From: an uncultured Alphaproteobacteria bacterium
GTDB lineage: Bacteria > Pseudomonadota > Alphaproteobacteria > Rhizobiales > Devosiaceae
Assembly (NCBI GenBank): GCA_963848625.1
Contig: CAWKEC010000004.1
Span: 15,639-79,638 of the forward strand
DNA: 64,000 nt
Direction: 5' to 3'
In this document: positions 1 to 10,141 of the stretch, in pieces
How the letters are laid out: each line of letters opens with the position of its first letter
How positions within the stretch are numbered: position 1 is the first letter of the stretch
Position numbers and translations under genes: made by a program
The notes under the pieces: generated by a model
Told to the model about the DNA's origin: nothing
What the model saw: the letters and a program-made list of their open reading frames with translations, nothing else
Databases searched by the model: none

Positions 1-1332
1 GAATCTTGGCCTCGCTCGTCTTGTTGACCTCCGGGATCGCCCTCGACCGGTCCATGGTTGCGCCCGCGCGCAGGGCCGCTGCCCTGCCGAACACCACGAG
101 ATCGGTGAGCGAATTGGAGCCGAGCCGGTTGGCGCCGTGGACCGAGGCGCAGGCCGCCTCGCCCACTGCCATCAGGCCGGGAACGATTGCATCGGGATCG
201 GCCGCGGTCGGGTTCAGCGCCTCGCCGTGATAGTTCGTCGGGATGCCGCCCATATTGTAGTGGACCGTCGGCAGCACCGGGATCGGCTGGCGCGTGAGAT
301 CGACGCCGGCAAAGATGCGGGCGCTCTCGGTGATGCCGGGCAGCCGCTCGTGCAGCACGCTCGGATCGAGATGGTCGAGGTGGAGGAAGATGTGGTCCTT
401 CTTCGGCCCGACGCCCCGGCCCTCGCGAATTTCGAGCGTCATGCAGCGGGAAACCACGTCGCGCGAAGCAAGGTCCTTGGCGTTGGGCGCGTAGCGCTCC
501 ATGAAGCGCTCGCCTTCCGAATTGGTGAGGTAGCCGCCCTCGCCGCGCGCGCCTTCGGTGATGAGGACGCCCGCGCCATAAACGCCGGTCGGGATGGAAC
601 TGTACGAACTCCATGTCTTCGAGCGGCAGGCCGGCGCGCGCCACCATGCCGTTGCCGTCGCCGGTGCAGGTGTGCGCCGAGGTGGCAGAGAAATAGGCGC
701 GGCCGTAGCCGCCAGTCGCGAGCACCGTGAGCTTGGCGCGGAAGCGATGCAGCGTTCCGTCGTCGAGCTTCCAGGCGAGGACGCCCTGCACGGAACCATC
801 GTCGCCCATCAGCAGATCGAGCGCGAAATACTCGATGAAGAACTGCGCGTCGTGGCGGAGCGACTGCCCGTAAAGCGTGTGGAGGATGGCATGGCCGGTG
901 CGGTCGGCGGCGGCGCAGGTGCGCTGCACTGGCGGGCCCTTCACCGAACTCGGTCATGTGGCCACCGAACGGGCGCTGGTAAATCTTGCCGTCCTCGGTG
1001 CGCGAGAACGGCACGCCGTAGTGCTCAAGCTCATAGACGGCCGCCGGCGCATTGCGTGCGAGATACTCCATCGCGTCATTGTCGCCGAGCCAGTCCGACC
1101 CTTTAACGGTGTCGTACATGTGCCACTGCCAGGAATCGGGGCCCATGTTCTGGAGCGATGCGGCGATGCCGCCCTGCGCCGCGACGGTGTGCGAGCGGGT
1201 GGGGAAGACTTTTGTGATGCAGGCGGTGTTGAAGCCCTGCTCGGCCATGCCGAGGGTGGCGCGGAGCCCGGCGCCGCCGGCCCCGACGACCACCACGTCA
1301 TAGGCGTGGTCGATGATCTCGTAGGCCGCCAC
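1..1332 (-). CDS. sdhA: Succinate dehydrogenase flavoprotein subunit (5' part; runs off the window; frameshifts near 935 and 590)
   Basis: N-terminus [15 protein letters not shown] and the covalent-FAD motif [10 protein letters not shown]; directly downstream of sdhC and sdhD. Confidence 0.97.
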
Positions 1333-1334
1333 CG

Positions 1335-1712
1335 TCAGCTCCAGAACACGATTTTAGCGATCGACAGGACCGTCAGCACCGCGACCACGATAGCGAAGGC
1401 CGCATTGAGCCAGTTGAGCGTGTGATTGGCCGGTCCCTCATCGACATAGTCCTCGATGACCTCGTGCATGCCGATACGCATGTGGATGCACACATTGATG
1501 ATCAGCAAGCAGAGGACGAGCGCGACGAACGGATTGCGCACCTCGTCGATGAGGCTCGCGCGGTCGGCGCCCGCGAGCCTTACGACGAACCAGACGAAGA
1601 AGATCGTGAACAGCACGTTAAGCGCGCCGGTGATGCGCTGCGTCATGAACAGGCGCGTGCCGCCATAGCCATAATGCGTGTCCGGTTTCTCGATCGTAGA
1701 CCGCTCGATCAT
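1335..1712 (-). CDS. sdhD: Succinate dehydrogenase hydrophobic membrane anchor
   Basis: MIERSTIEK...QRITG...[14 protein letters not shown] motif; ATGA overlap with the sdhC stop. Confidence 0.93.
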   Translation of the reverse strand: MIERSTIEKPDTHYGYGGTRLFMTQRITGALNVLFTIFFVWFVVRLAGADRASLIDEVRNPFVALVLCLLIINVCIHMRIGMHEVIEDYVDEGPANHTLNWLNAAFAIVVAVLTVLSIAKIVFWS

Positions 1713-2095
1713 CTGAGCCACACGAAGATGATCCAGGCCCCGAGCGTCAGCACGATGGAGGCCACCCACTGCACCCGCGTAATGGTCTCGCGCCCGGCCG
1801 GGTCCATCAGGTTGCCGGAATCCCAAATGAAATGGCGGATGCCGCCCAGCATGTGGTGAAACAGCGCCCAGCTCGCGAGGAACAGCAGCACCTGCACGAG
1901 CCAGAAGCCGTAGATGGCGTTGATCACCCCAAACGGCCCGTCGCCGAGCGCCGCAGCGCCGAGCCAAAGCACGATGAGCAGCGTGCCGAAATACATCGCC
2001 ATGCCCGTGCCGCGCTGCACGATGGAATTGGCCATCGTCAGCGTGAACTTGTAGATTTGGAGGTGCGGCGAGAGGGGCCGCGGCCGGGTCGTCAT
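1709..2095 (-). CDS. sdhC: Succinate dehydrogenase cytochrome b556 subunit
   Basis: RPLSPHLQIY and HMLGGIRHFIWD motifs. Confidence 0.96.
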   Translation of the reverse strand: MTTRPRPLSPHLQIYKFTLTMANSIVQRGTGMAMYFGTLLIVLWLGAAALGDGPFGVINAIYGFWLVQVLLFLASWALFHHMLGGIRHFIWDSGNLMDPAGRETITRVQWVASIVLTLGAWIIFVWLR

Positions 2096-2162
2096 GGTGC
2101 GGCTGTTCTAGCCGCCACACATGACAAGGTCAAAGCGGAAGCGGGCGCCGCGCCTAGACTTT

Positions 2163-2330
2163 CTACTGATCGCGAACCGCCGGGAGGTCACGCAGCGCCT
2201 CGAGCACGAGCACGAGACTGAGAATGCGCGCGCTTCGCACCGTGACCGGCTGGACGACATCGACCGCGGCGGCAGCGCGCTTGTTCGCCGAATCATCGGC
2301 AATCGGTGGAAGGGTGGCGATTCGGCTCAT
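2163..2330 (-). CDS. Possible small hypothetical protein (55 aa) upstream of sdhC
   Basis: ORF MSRIATLPP...RSARILSLVLVLEALRD fills the sdhC-NUDIX gap, co-oriented with sdhC; no family recognised. Confidence 0.4.
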   Translation of the reverse strand: MSRIATLPPIADDSANKRAAAAVDVVQPVTVRSARILSLVLVLEALRDLPAVRDQ

Positions 2331-2428
2331 GGCCGATTTGTGACCGATCCCGGCTTTGCGAGGCGTGAATCGGCGGTTCAGATTTGATTTCAGCTTGTGC
2401 CAGAGGAGGGCGGCCACAGGAGCCGCCA

Positions 2429-3004
2429 ATGTCCGACACCGTCCGCGATGTGAAAACCACCACGATGTCCCATGCCTGGGGCCTGGTGCAGCGGCACGAA
2501 TTCGAGCTCAGGCGCCGGAATGGCGAGTGGCAGCACCAGATCCGCGAGACCTACGACCGCGGCGACGGGGCGGGCGTGCTGCTTTGCGATCTGGGCGATA
2601 AATCCGTGATCCTCACCCGGCAGTTCCGCTACCCCGCCTTCTACCGCGGCGAGACGCCGTATCTGATCGAAGTCTGCGCGGGAAAGCTCGAAGGCGACGA
2701 CGCGGAGACTTGCGCGCGCAAGGAGGCCGAGGAGGAGACGGGCTACACCGTCGGCCGCCTGACCAAGGCGTTCGACTGCTTCATGAGCCCGGGCTCGGTC
2801 ACCGAACGGCTGACGCTGTTCGTTGGGATCGTCGAGGGCCGGCAGGCCGGTGCCGGCGGTGGGCTCGAGGATGAAGGCGAGGACATCGAGATTTTGCGGG
2901 TGCCGTTCGCGGAGGCGCTGCGGATGGTCGAAACGGGCGCGATCGCCGACGCCAAGACGGTGATGCTGTTGCAGTACGCGGCGCTGAAAGGCGTGTTCGG
3001 CTAG
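2429..3004 (+). CDS. nudK: NUDIX hydrolase, GDP-mannose pyrophosphatase NudK/YffH-like
   Basis: Nudix box GKLEGDDAETCARKEAEEETG plus RETYDRG, SPGSVTE and DAKT; AGGAG ribosome-binding site. Confidence 0.85.
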   Translation: MSDTVRDVKTTTMSHAWGLVQRHEFELRRRNGEWQHQIRETYDRGDGAGVLLCDLGDKSVILTRQFRYPAFYRGETPYLIEVCAGKLEGDDAETCARKEAEEETGYTVGRLTKAFDCFMSPGSVTERLTLFVGIVEGRQAGAGGGLEDEGEDIEILRVPFAEALRMVETGAIADAKTVMLLQYAALKGVFG

Positions 3005-3007
3005 CAA

Positions 3008-3096
3008 CGATGCCATTCCCGCGCAGGCGGGAATCCAGGGACTGCAACCATCGGTGCCTGTGACTTTGGATTCCCGCCTGCGCGGGAATGACATCG
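3008..3096. repeat. Palindromic repeat doublet, ATTCCC-N8-GGGAAT family (REP/dRS3-like)
   Basis: Arms cgatgccattcccgcgcaggcgggaatcca and tggattcccgcctgcgcgggaatgacatcg are near-perfect reverse complements; related copies at 19512, 54133 and 14914. Confidence 0.9.
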
Positions 3097-3105
3097 CTGA
3101 AATGG

Positions 3106-3318
3106 CTAGGCGGCGTCCGAGGGGCGCGTCACCGGCCGGAAACTCAGCGTATCGTCGAGAAACGGGTCGGCAACCAGCGTCGCCAACGCCCCGGATTGGA
3201 GCGTGGCGGCGGGCTGAGGAGCGGGGGACGAAAATCTCCCGGCCAGCAATTGGCTGGCCGGAACCGGCAAAGCAATCAGCGCGGCAAGCAGGGCCAGGCT
3301 CAGGACTTTGACACGCAT
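3106..3318 (-). CDS. Small hypothetical exported protein (70 aa)
   Basis: MRVKVLSLALLAALIALPVPA signal-peptide-like start, GGAG upstream. Confidence 0.5.
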   Translation of the reverse strand: MRVKVLSLALLAALIALPVPASQLLAGRFSSPAPQPAATLQSGALATLVADPFLDDTLSFRPVTRPSDAA

Positions 3319-3458
3319 CTTCGCTACTCCCACTCGATCTGCGGCTTCGTCTCGCCGCGTTCTTGAGGGGAGTTATGGGCGCGCCTGTCGGAACCGGGCG
3401 TGAAGCGGCCGTTCATGTGGGGTTTAGCCGGTAAAATTGTTAGTAGCGGGCTTGGGCT

Positions 3459-3574
3459 CCCCCTCATCCGCCCTTCGGGCACCTTCTCCCACGAGGGGAG
3501 AAGGCAATGAACCGCGAAGGTTGTGAGCTGTGCCTTCTCCCTCGATGGGAGAAGGTGGCGACGCCGGATGAGGG
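3459..3574. repeat. Alphaproteobacterial intergenic mosaic repeat (RIME/CIR-like), copy A
   Basis: ccctcatccg...ccttctccc-N-gggagaagg...ccttctccc-N-gggagaagg...cggatgaggg; near-identical copy at 20639-20756. Confidence 0.88.
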
Positions 3575-3593
3575 TGGGGCGACGGACGCCGGC

Positions 3594-3803
3594 CTACCTG
3601 TAATCGACCAGTTTCTTGTCCGGATCGTAGGCCTGGTCGGACACCGCCTTGGTCACCGCCTGGCCGCATTTCATCTTCTTGGCGACCGCGTCATACGCAT
3701 AGGTCGGCGAGCCATGGAGCTCCCAGCCCTCGCTCAGGGCCTTGGTGACCTTGTGGCAGAACGAGGAATCGTCCTCGCCCGACAGGAACCGATAAATCCG
3801 CAT
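3594..3803 (-). CDS. DUF1737 family small protein
   Basis: YRFLSGEDDSSFCHKVTKALSEGWELHGSP...CGQAV pattern. Confidence 0.85.
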   Translation of the reverse strand: MRIYRFLSGEDDSSFCHKVTKALSEGWELHGSPTYAYDAVAKKMKCGQAVTKAVSDQAYDPDKKLVDYR

Positions 3804-3861
3804 GCCTCGCCCCGCGTGCCCAAAGGTTGAACGGCCGGCTACTTACCGCTAATCCGGGCCC

Positions 3862-4500
3862 ATGCACAATTTTCCACCCCATCTGCTCGAGGGCTATCGC
3901 AACTTCATGGCCGGCCGCTATGCGCGCGAGACCGAGCGCTACAGGCAGCTCGCCGTCGGCGGGCAATCGCCGACGGCGATGGTGATCTGTTGCTGCGACA
4001 GCCGGGCGGCGCCCGAGACGATCTTTGACGTCGGACCAGGCGAATTGTTCGTGTTGCGCAACATCGCCAACCTGGTGCCGACTTTTGCGCCGGACGCGGG
4101 CCAGCATGGCACGTCTGCCGGGATCGAATTCGCGGTCAACGCGCTCGGCATCTCTGACCTGATCGTGCTCGGCCATGGCCGCTGCGGCGGAATTCGCTGG
4201 GCGCTTGGCCCGGCGACCCCGCTCGCGCAGGGCGACTTCATCGGCAAATGGATGAGCATGCTGGCGCCGGTGACCGAGCAGGTGGCGAGCTATTCGTTCA
4301 TGACCCCGGCCGAGCGCGAGACGGCGCTCGAGCGGCTCTCGGTCCGCAACTCACTCAAGAACCTCCGCACCTTTCCCTACATTCGCGACAAGGAAGACGA
4401 GGGCACGCTGACGCTGCACGGCGCCTGGTTCGACGTCTCGACCGCCGAGCTCTGGATCATGAACGAGGCCGGCGACTTCCAGCGGCCCGAGATCGCCTAA
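3862..4500 (+). CDS. Beta-class carbonic anhydrase
   Basis: CCDSR, GELFVLRNIAN and HGRCGG zinc-ligand motifs. Confidence 0.95.
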   Translation: MHNFPPHLLEGYRNFMAGRYARETERYRQLAVGGQSPTAMVICCCDSRAAPETIFDVGPGELFVLRNIANLVPTFAPDAGQHGTSAGIEFAVNALGISDLIVLGHGRCGGIRWALGPATPLAQGDFIGKWMSMLAPVTEQVASYSFMTPAERETALERLSVRNSLKNLRTFPYIRDKEDEGTLTLHGAWFDVSTAELWIMNEAGDFQRPEIA

Positions 4501-5384
4501 TCACGCCTCGGCCGAGCGGCGCGCCAAGAGCCGCGGGCCGAAAACGTTGACCAGGAGCCCGACAAAAACCAGTAGGCTCCCGCCGAGATCGAGCAGGCTC
4601 AGTTGCTCGCCGAGGATCAGCCAGCCGGTGGTGAGGCCGATGACCGGCACCAGCAGCGTGAACGGCGCGACGAGCGAGGCCGGATAGCGCCCGAGCAGAA
4701 AGCTCCACGTCCCGTAGCCGAAATCGGTCGAGATCCAGCCGACAAACAGCAGCGAGCCGGCGCCGAGCCAGGTGATGTGGCTGAGCGCCGAGGGGATGGC
4801 GCCCGGCCCTTCGAGCAGCAGCGAAAGCAGGAACAGCGGAATCGGCGGCACGAGGCTCGACCAGACGACGAAGGCGAACATGTCGACCTTGCCGACACGC
4901 TTGACGACGATGTTGGCCACGCCCAGCTCGCCGCCGCGAACACCGTCATCAGCAGCGGCCAGAGCGCCGCGCCCTCGAGCTTTTCGACGCCGATGAGGAT
5001 GATGCCGACCAGCGCGACGAGGGCGCCGAAGAGCTGCGCGCCGTTCGGGCGTTCGCGGAGCACGAGCACGGCGAGGCCGATGGTCATGAAGGTCTGGAGC
5101 TGCAGCGACCAGCGAGGCGAGCCCGGCCGGCATGCCGAGATGGATCGCCGAGAACAGGAGCCCGAACTGGCCGACGCCGACGAACACGCCATAGGCGATG
5201 AGGAGGCCGCAGAGCGACTTGCGGGCGCTTGACGAAAAAGATCGCCGGCAGCGTCGCAACGACATAGCGCAGCGACGCTCAGAAGCAGCGGCGGCACTTC
5301 CGCCACGCCCCATTTGATCGCCATGAAGTTGACGCCCCAGACGAGGATGACCGCGAGGGCGAGGAGGATGTGGCGGGTCGTCAT
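4501..5384 (-). CDS. EamA family (DMT) transporter, O-acetylserine/cysteine exporter-like; several frameshifts
   Basis: WGVNFMAIK, GMPAGLASLV, GYGTWSFLLGRYPASLVAPFTLLVPV spread over different frames. Confidence 0.85.
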
Positions 5385-5483
5385 CTTGGCGTCTATGGGT
5401 TGCCGTGTGCGGGCGGAATGAACCTCCGTCCCGCGCAAGGCCAATGATTGCTGGTGATGGCGAGCATCACCAGCCGCAATGCC

Positions 5484-6524
5484 TCAAGCCGCCTTGCGCT
5501 CGACCAGCTTGCGCTCGACCAGCGTTTCGAGAATCTGCACCGCGTTGAGCGCCGCGCCCTTCCTGAGATTGTCCGAGACCACCCAGATCGAGAGGCCGTT
5601 TTCGACCGTCGCGTCTTCGCGGATGCGCGACACGTAGGTGTCGTTTTCACCGGCCGCATCGACCGGCGTCGCGTAGCCGCCCGGCTCGCGCTTATCGATC
5701 ACCGATACGCCCGGCGCGTCGCGCAGGATATCGCGTGCCTCGTCGGCACTGATCGGCTTTTCGAACTCGATATTGATCGCCTCGGAATGGCCGACGAACA
5801 CCGGCACGCGCACGCAGGTGGCGGTGAGCTTGATCTTGGGATCGAGGATCTTCTTGGTCTCGGCCACCATTTTCCACTCTTCCTTGGTGGAGCCGTCTTC
5901 CATGAACACGTCGATATGCGGGATGACGTTGAAGGCGATTTGCTTGGTAAACTTCCTCGGCGTCGCCCGGTCGTTGACGAAGATGCCCTTGGTCTGCACC
6001 CACAGCTCGTCCTGGCCTTCCTTGCCGGCGCCGGAGACCGACTGGTAGGTCGCCACCACCACGCGCTTGATGGTCGCAAAATCGTGCAGCGGCTTTAACG
6101 CCACCACCATCTGCGCCGTCGAGCAGTTGGGGTTTGCAATGATGTTCTTGCGGTCGTTGCGCGCCATGTAGGCGTCGAGCACCTGAGCGTTGACCTCGGG
6201 CACCACCAGCGGCACGTCGGCGTGGTAGCGCCAGAAGCTCGAATTATCGACGACGAGGGCGCCGGTGGCGCCGATCTTTTCGCCCCATTCGCGGGCGACC
6301 GCCGAGCCCGCGCTCATCAGCGCGAAATCGACGCCCTTGAAATCGAAGTTCTCGAGGGTCTGCGCCTTGAGCCGCTTGTCGCCAAAGCTGAGCTCCTGGC
6401 CCTGCGACCGGGAGGACGCGAGCGCGATCACTTCGCTGACCGGAAACTTGCGCTCGCTCAGGATGTTGAGCATCTCGCGGCCCACAGCACCCGTGGCTCC
6501 GACGACAGCGACGCGATAACCCAT
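5484..6524 (-). CDS. asd: Aspartate-semialdehyde dehydrogenase
   Basis: VGATGAVG, catalytic ANPNCST, SDNLRKGAALNAVQI. Confidence 0.98.
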   Translation of the reverse strand: MGYRVAVVGATGAVGREMLNILSERKFPVSEVIALASSRSQGQELSFGDKRLKAQTLENFDFKGVDFALMSAGSAVAREWGEKIGATGALVVDNSSFWRYHADVPLVVPEVNAQVLDAYMARNDRKNIIANPNCSTAQMVVALKPLHDFATIKRVVVATYQSVSGAGKEGQDELWVQTKGIFVNDRATPRKFTKQIAFNVIPHIDVFMEDGSTKEEWKMVAETKKILDPKIKLTATCVRVPVFVGHSEAINIEFEKPISADEARDILRDAPGVSVIDKREPGGYATPVDAAGENDTYVSRIREDATVENGLSIWVVSDNLRKGAALNAVQILETLVERKLVERKAA

Positions 6525-6618
6525 TTTAGTTTGGTTCCTTTAACCCGGCCCCGCACCGGTTGGCCGGCGGCTCGACTGGCTTCGGCCTCTCCCCGGCGGG
6601 GATGGCCCGGGGAAAAGC

Positions 6619-6741
6619 TCAGAAGGTTTTGCTGGTTTTGGTTTTGCGCCCGAACGGCATCAGCGTCGACGCGCCCACGATGTGGGGAACGAACGTCATC
6701 AGCTCGAGCAGCGGGATATCGACAATGTCTTCGCGCAGCAC
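6619..6741 (-). promoter_or_regulatory. Candidate leader peptide (uORF) of asd ending in RKTKTSKTF
   Basis: GGAGAG 8 nt before GTG; 40-aa ORF with three AAA-ACC (Lys-Thr) codon pairs in the last 8 codons; stop is 94 nt before asd and is followed by a GC-rich hairpin. Confidence 0.65.
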
Positions 6742-6772
6742 GGCGAAAACTCTCCCAAGGACGTGGCCGACG

Positions 6773-6800
6773 TTTTTAGCCGCAAATGGCAAAGAGTCAA
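6773..6800 (-). promoter_or_regulatory. Putative sigma70 promoter of the asd leader
   Basis: TTGACT-16 nt-TAAAAA (alphaproteobacterial type -10); the -35 overlaps a GANTC site. Confidence 0.6.
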
Positions 6801-6817
6801 TGAAACCCGTAGTCGGG

Positions 6818-6948
6818 TCCTTCCCTCGCGTAAGCGGGGGAAGGTGGCGCGAAGCGACGGATGGGGGCGGCCGCCCCCACCGAGTCCAGTTTCGCCCCCT
6901 CCACCGGCTTCGCCGGTCCCCTCCCCGTGGCTGCGCCATAGGGGAGGA
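6818..6948. repeat. CIR/RIME-like intergenic repeat, copy C, with a GANTC-containing core
   Basis: Hairpin arms ccttccc...gggaagg and ccctcccc...ggggagga; shares gcgacggatgggggcg and cgccccctccaccggcttcgccggtcccc with 14795-14889. Confidence 0.85.
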
Positions 6949-6981
6949 TGCCGACCGGACGCTTCGTGCTAGACGCGCCCT

Positions 6982-8174
6982 ATGACGCATTTCGACGTAT
7001 CTGGTCCTGGGCGCCGGCGCCGCCGGCATGATGGCGGCAATCGAGGCCGGCAAGCGCGGCCGCTCGGTGCTGGTCGTCGATCACGCTCGGGCGCCGGGCG
7101 AAAAAATCCGTATTTCGGGCGGCGGACGCTGCAACTTCACCAACGTCAACGCGACGGCGAGGCTCGCGGCCCAGCGGTTCATCTCCGCCAATCCGAAATT
7201 CGCGCTCTCGGCGCTGTCTCGCTACACGCCGGAGCGGTTCATCGCGCTGGTCCGCGCCTATGGCATCGCCTTTCACGAAAAGACGCTGGGCCAGCTCTTT
7301 TGCGACGGCAGCTCGGTGCAGATCGTCAATCTGCTGACCAGCGAACTGGGCAAGGCTGGCGCAAGGCTGGAGCTTGGCGCCGAGGTCGAAGCGGTTGAAA
7401 AGACCGATGCCGGATTTGCGGTGCGGCTGTCGTCCGGCGAGGTCACGGCAGCGTTCGCTGGTGGTCGCGACCGGCGGCAAGTCGATTCCCAAAATGGGCG
7501 CGACCGGGCTTGGCTACCGGCTTGCCGAGCAATTCGGGCTCACCGTCACCGAAACCCGGCCGGCGCTCGTGCCGCTGACCTTTGCGCCGCATCTGCTCGA
7601 ACGGCTCGCGCCGCTTTCGGGTATTTCGGTCGACGCCATCGCGAGCGCCAACGGCAGGAGCTTCCGCGAGGCGATGCTGTTCACCCATCGCGGGCTCAGC
7701 GGCCCGGCGATCCTTCAGATCAGCTCGTACTGGCGCGAGGGCGATCCGGTGACGGTCAATCTGCTGCCCGCCGCCGACGTGCCGGCGCTGCTCAAGGCCG
7801 CGCGCGAGGCAACGCCAAGATCGCACCTGCAGACCGTGCTCGGCGAGCATCTGCCCAAACGGCTCGCGCAGATGCTGGCCGAGGACATCGCGCTGCCCGG
7901 CATGATCGGCGATTTCTCCGACAAGAAGATCGGTGCCATCGCCGACGCACTGACGCGCTGGACGCTGAAGCCGACCGGATCGGAAGGCTACCGAACCGCC
8001 GAGGTGACGCTCGGCGGCGTTGCCACCGCCGGCCTCGACTCCGCGACAATGATGGCTCGCGATACGCCCGGCCTTTATTTCGTGGGCGAAGCCGTCGATG
8101 TTACCGGCTGGCTTGGCGGCTATAATTTCCAATGGGCCTGGGCCAGCGGCTGGGCGGCCGGTCAGGTCGCCTGA
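6982..8174 (+). CDS. HI0933/YhiN (BaiN) family NAD(P)/FAD-dependent oxidoreductase; frameshifts near 7000 and 7450
   Basis: GAGAAGMMAA, KIRISGGGRCNFTN, LFTHRGLSGPAILQIS, GWLGGYNFQWAWASG. Confidence 0.92.
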
Positions 8175-8671
8175 TCATTCCACGGCGTCAGCCGGGGCAG
8201 CCAGCGCCGGACGTGGGCGCGATAGCGGTCGTATTGCTCGCCATAGCTGTAGCTCAGCGTCGGCTCCTCATAGGTCAGCACGAAGAGATGGACGACGAGC
8301 CATACGACAAGGCCGTAGCCGAGGACCGCCGCGTTGCCCAGCGCCAGGCCCTGGCCCAGGATCAGCGAGACGACCGCGACATACATCGGGTTGCGCACGA
8401 ACCGATAGGAGCCAGTGACCACCAGCGTCCTCGTCGGCGCGATCGGCGCCGGCGTGCCGAGGCCCTGCAGCGCGAAACGTGCAAATGTCTCGAGCAGCAG
8501 CACGGCGCCGAGGATCAGGAGCAAGACGCCGAGCCAGCGCAGCGGCGCGATGCCGAACAGCGGCGGGTCCACGTGATAGTGCGAGATCGACCACGGAATG
8601 ACGCCCGCGACGATCCCCGGAGCAACAAGCAGGAAGAGGATCGAGCCGGCGATGGCACCAAGGCGCGTCAT
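8162..8671 (-). CDS. Isoprenylcysteine carboxyl methyltransferase (PEMT/ICMT) family membrane protein
   Basis: GTPAPIAPTRTLVVTGSYRFVRNPMY...EEPTL...YGEQYDRYRAHVRRW. Confidence 0.88.
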   Translation of the reverse strand: MTRLGAIAGSILFLLVAPGIVAGVIPWSISHYHVDPPLFGIAPLRWLGVLLLILGAVLLLETFARFALQGLGTPAPIAPTRTLVVTGSYRFVRNPMYVAVVSLILGQGLALGNAAVLGYGLVVWLVVHLFVLTYEEPTLSYSYGEQYDRYRAHVRRWLPRLTPWNDQAT

Positions 8672-9042
8672 TCGGGATCGGCCTCCGCGAAGGTGATGCG
8701 GTTGTTGACCGGATCGATGACGGTGAATTCCGTGCCGCCCCATTCGGGCCGTTCGAGTCCGGGTCGGTTGTTCTTGTAGGCCTTGGCGATGAGCTCGGCG
8801 TGAAACTCCAGCACGCCGGTGATCTGCACCCGGACATGGGAGCCCGGCGAGCCGTCGCCGTGATGCTCGGAGATGTGGAACGCGATGCCGGCGCGGCTCA
8901 CCTGCATATAGAGCGGCGCCCACGGCTCGAAGCGATGCTGCCAGTCCACCGAGAAGCCAAGCCAGTCGAGATAGAATTCGCGCGCCTTGGCCTCGTCGAA
9001 GCTGCGCAGGATCGGGATGGTACGAAGATGCGTGAGCGGCAT
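8668..9042 (-). CDS. Glyoxalase/bleomycin-resistance (VOC) superfamily protein
   Basis: IPILRSFDEAKAREFYLDWLGF...SEHHGDGSPG...DPVNNRITF. Confidence 0.88.
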   Translation of the reverse strand: MPLTHLRTIPILRSFDEAKAREFYLDWLGFSVDWQHRFEPWAPLYMQVSRAGIAFHISEHHGDGSPGSHVRVQITGVLEFHAELIAKAYKNNRPGLERPEWGGTEFTVIDPVNNRITFAEADPE

Positions 9043-9142
9043 GCACGGACTATGGCGCCACCCAACGCGGGCGACAATCCCGAAGGGACTGCCCGACCGA
9101 TTGGCGATTGCCGATTGCTGACCGCCGTCCTATCTGAGCGCC

Positions 9143-10141
9143 ATGCCGCTGACCCTTTCGATCCTCGACCTTGCGCCGGTGCCGGAGGGCGTCACCACCA
9201 CCGAAGCGCTCGGCAACATCGTGACCCTCGCGCGACTCGGCGACGCGCTGGGCTATGCCCGCGTGTGGTATGCCGAGCACCATGGCATCCCCTCGATCGC
9301 CTCGTCCTCGCCGGAGGTGCTGATCGCGACCTCGGCCGCCGCGACGCAGCGCATCCATGTGGGATCGGGCGGCGTCATGCTGCCGAACCACGTGCCGCTG
9401 CGCGTGGTCGAGACCTACCGCACGCTCGCGGCGCTCCATCCGGGCCGCATCGATCTCGGCATCGGCCGCGCCGGCGGTAGCGACGGGCGGACGCTGGCGG
9501 CGCTGCGCTCTGTCGACGGCAGCTATTTCCCGCAGGAGATGGCGGAGCTGCTGGCGTTCGAGCAACAGAGCTTTCCGGCCGACCACCCTTATGCGCCGAT
9601 CCGCGTCGTGCCCGAGCACGTCTCCTTGCCGCCGATCTTCATCCTCGGCTCGTCGGGCGCCAGCGCCGCTGCGGCGGGCGAGTTGGGGCTTGGCTATTCG
9701 TTCGCGGCGCATTTCAGCGCCACGCCGGCCAAGCCTGCCTTCGACGCCTATCGCGACGCCTTCAGGCCCTCGGCGCAGTTCCAGACGCCGCACGCGATCC
9801 TCGCGCTCTCGGCGCTGGTGGCTCCGACCGCGGAGGAGGCGCGGTTCCTGTCGACCAGCCAGGCGGTGAGCTGGGCGCTGTTCCATTCCGGCGAGGAACG
9901 CCGGCTGATGCCGCCGGAGGCGGCGAGCACCCGCGAACTGACCGCTGCGCAGCGGTCGATCATCGAGAAGCAATCGAAGCTCTGGATCGTCGGCGATGCG
10001 CTTGAGGTGAAGGCCGCGATCGAAGCGCAGGCGGCAGCGGCCGGCGCCGACGAAGTAATGGTGACGACGACCATCTGGTCGCACGAGTTACGGCTGCGCT
10101 CCTACCGGCTGCTTGCGGAGGTTTTCGGCCTCTCGGCCTGA
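9143..10141 (+). CDS. LLM-class flavin-dependent oxidoreductase (luciferase-like)
   Basis: LSILDL, RVWYAEHH, GSGGVMLPNH, PGRIDLGIGRA. Confidence 0.93.
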   Translation: MPLTLSILDLAPVPEGVTTTEALGNIVTLARLGDALGYARVWYAEHHGIPSIASSSPEVLIATSAAATQRIHVGSGGVMLPNHVPLRVVETYRTLAALHPGRIDLGIGRAGGSDGRTLAALRSVDGSYFPQEMAELLAFEQQSFPADHPYAPIRVVPEHVSLPPIFILGSSGASAAAAGELGLGYSFAAHFSATPAKPAFDAYRDAFRPSAQFQTPHAILALSALVAPTAEEARFLSTSQAVSWALFHSGEERRLMPPEAASTRELTAAQRSIIEKQSKLWIVGDALEVKAAIEAQAAAAGADEVMVTTTIWSHELRLRSYRLLAEVFGLSA

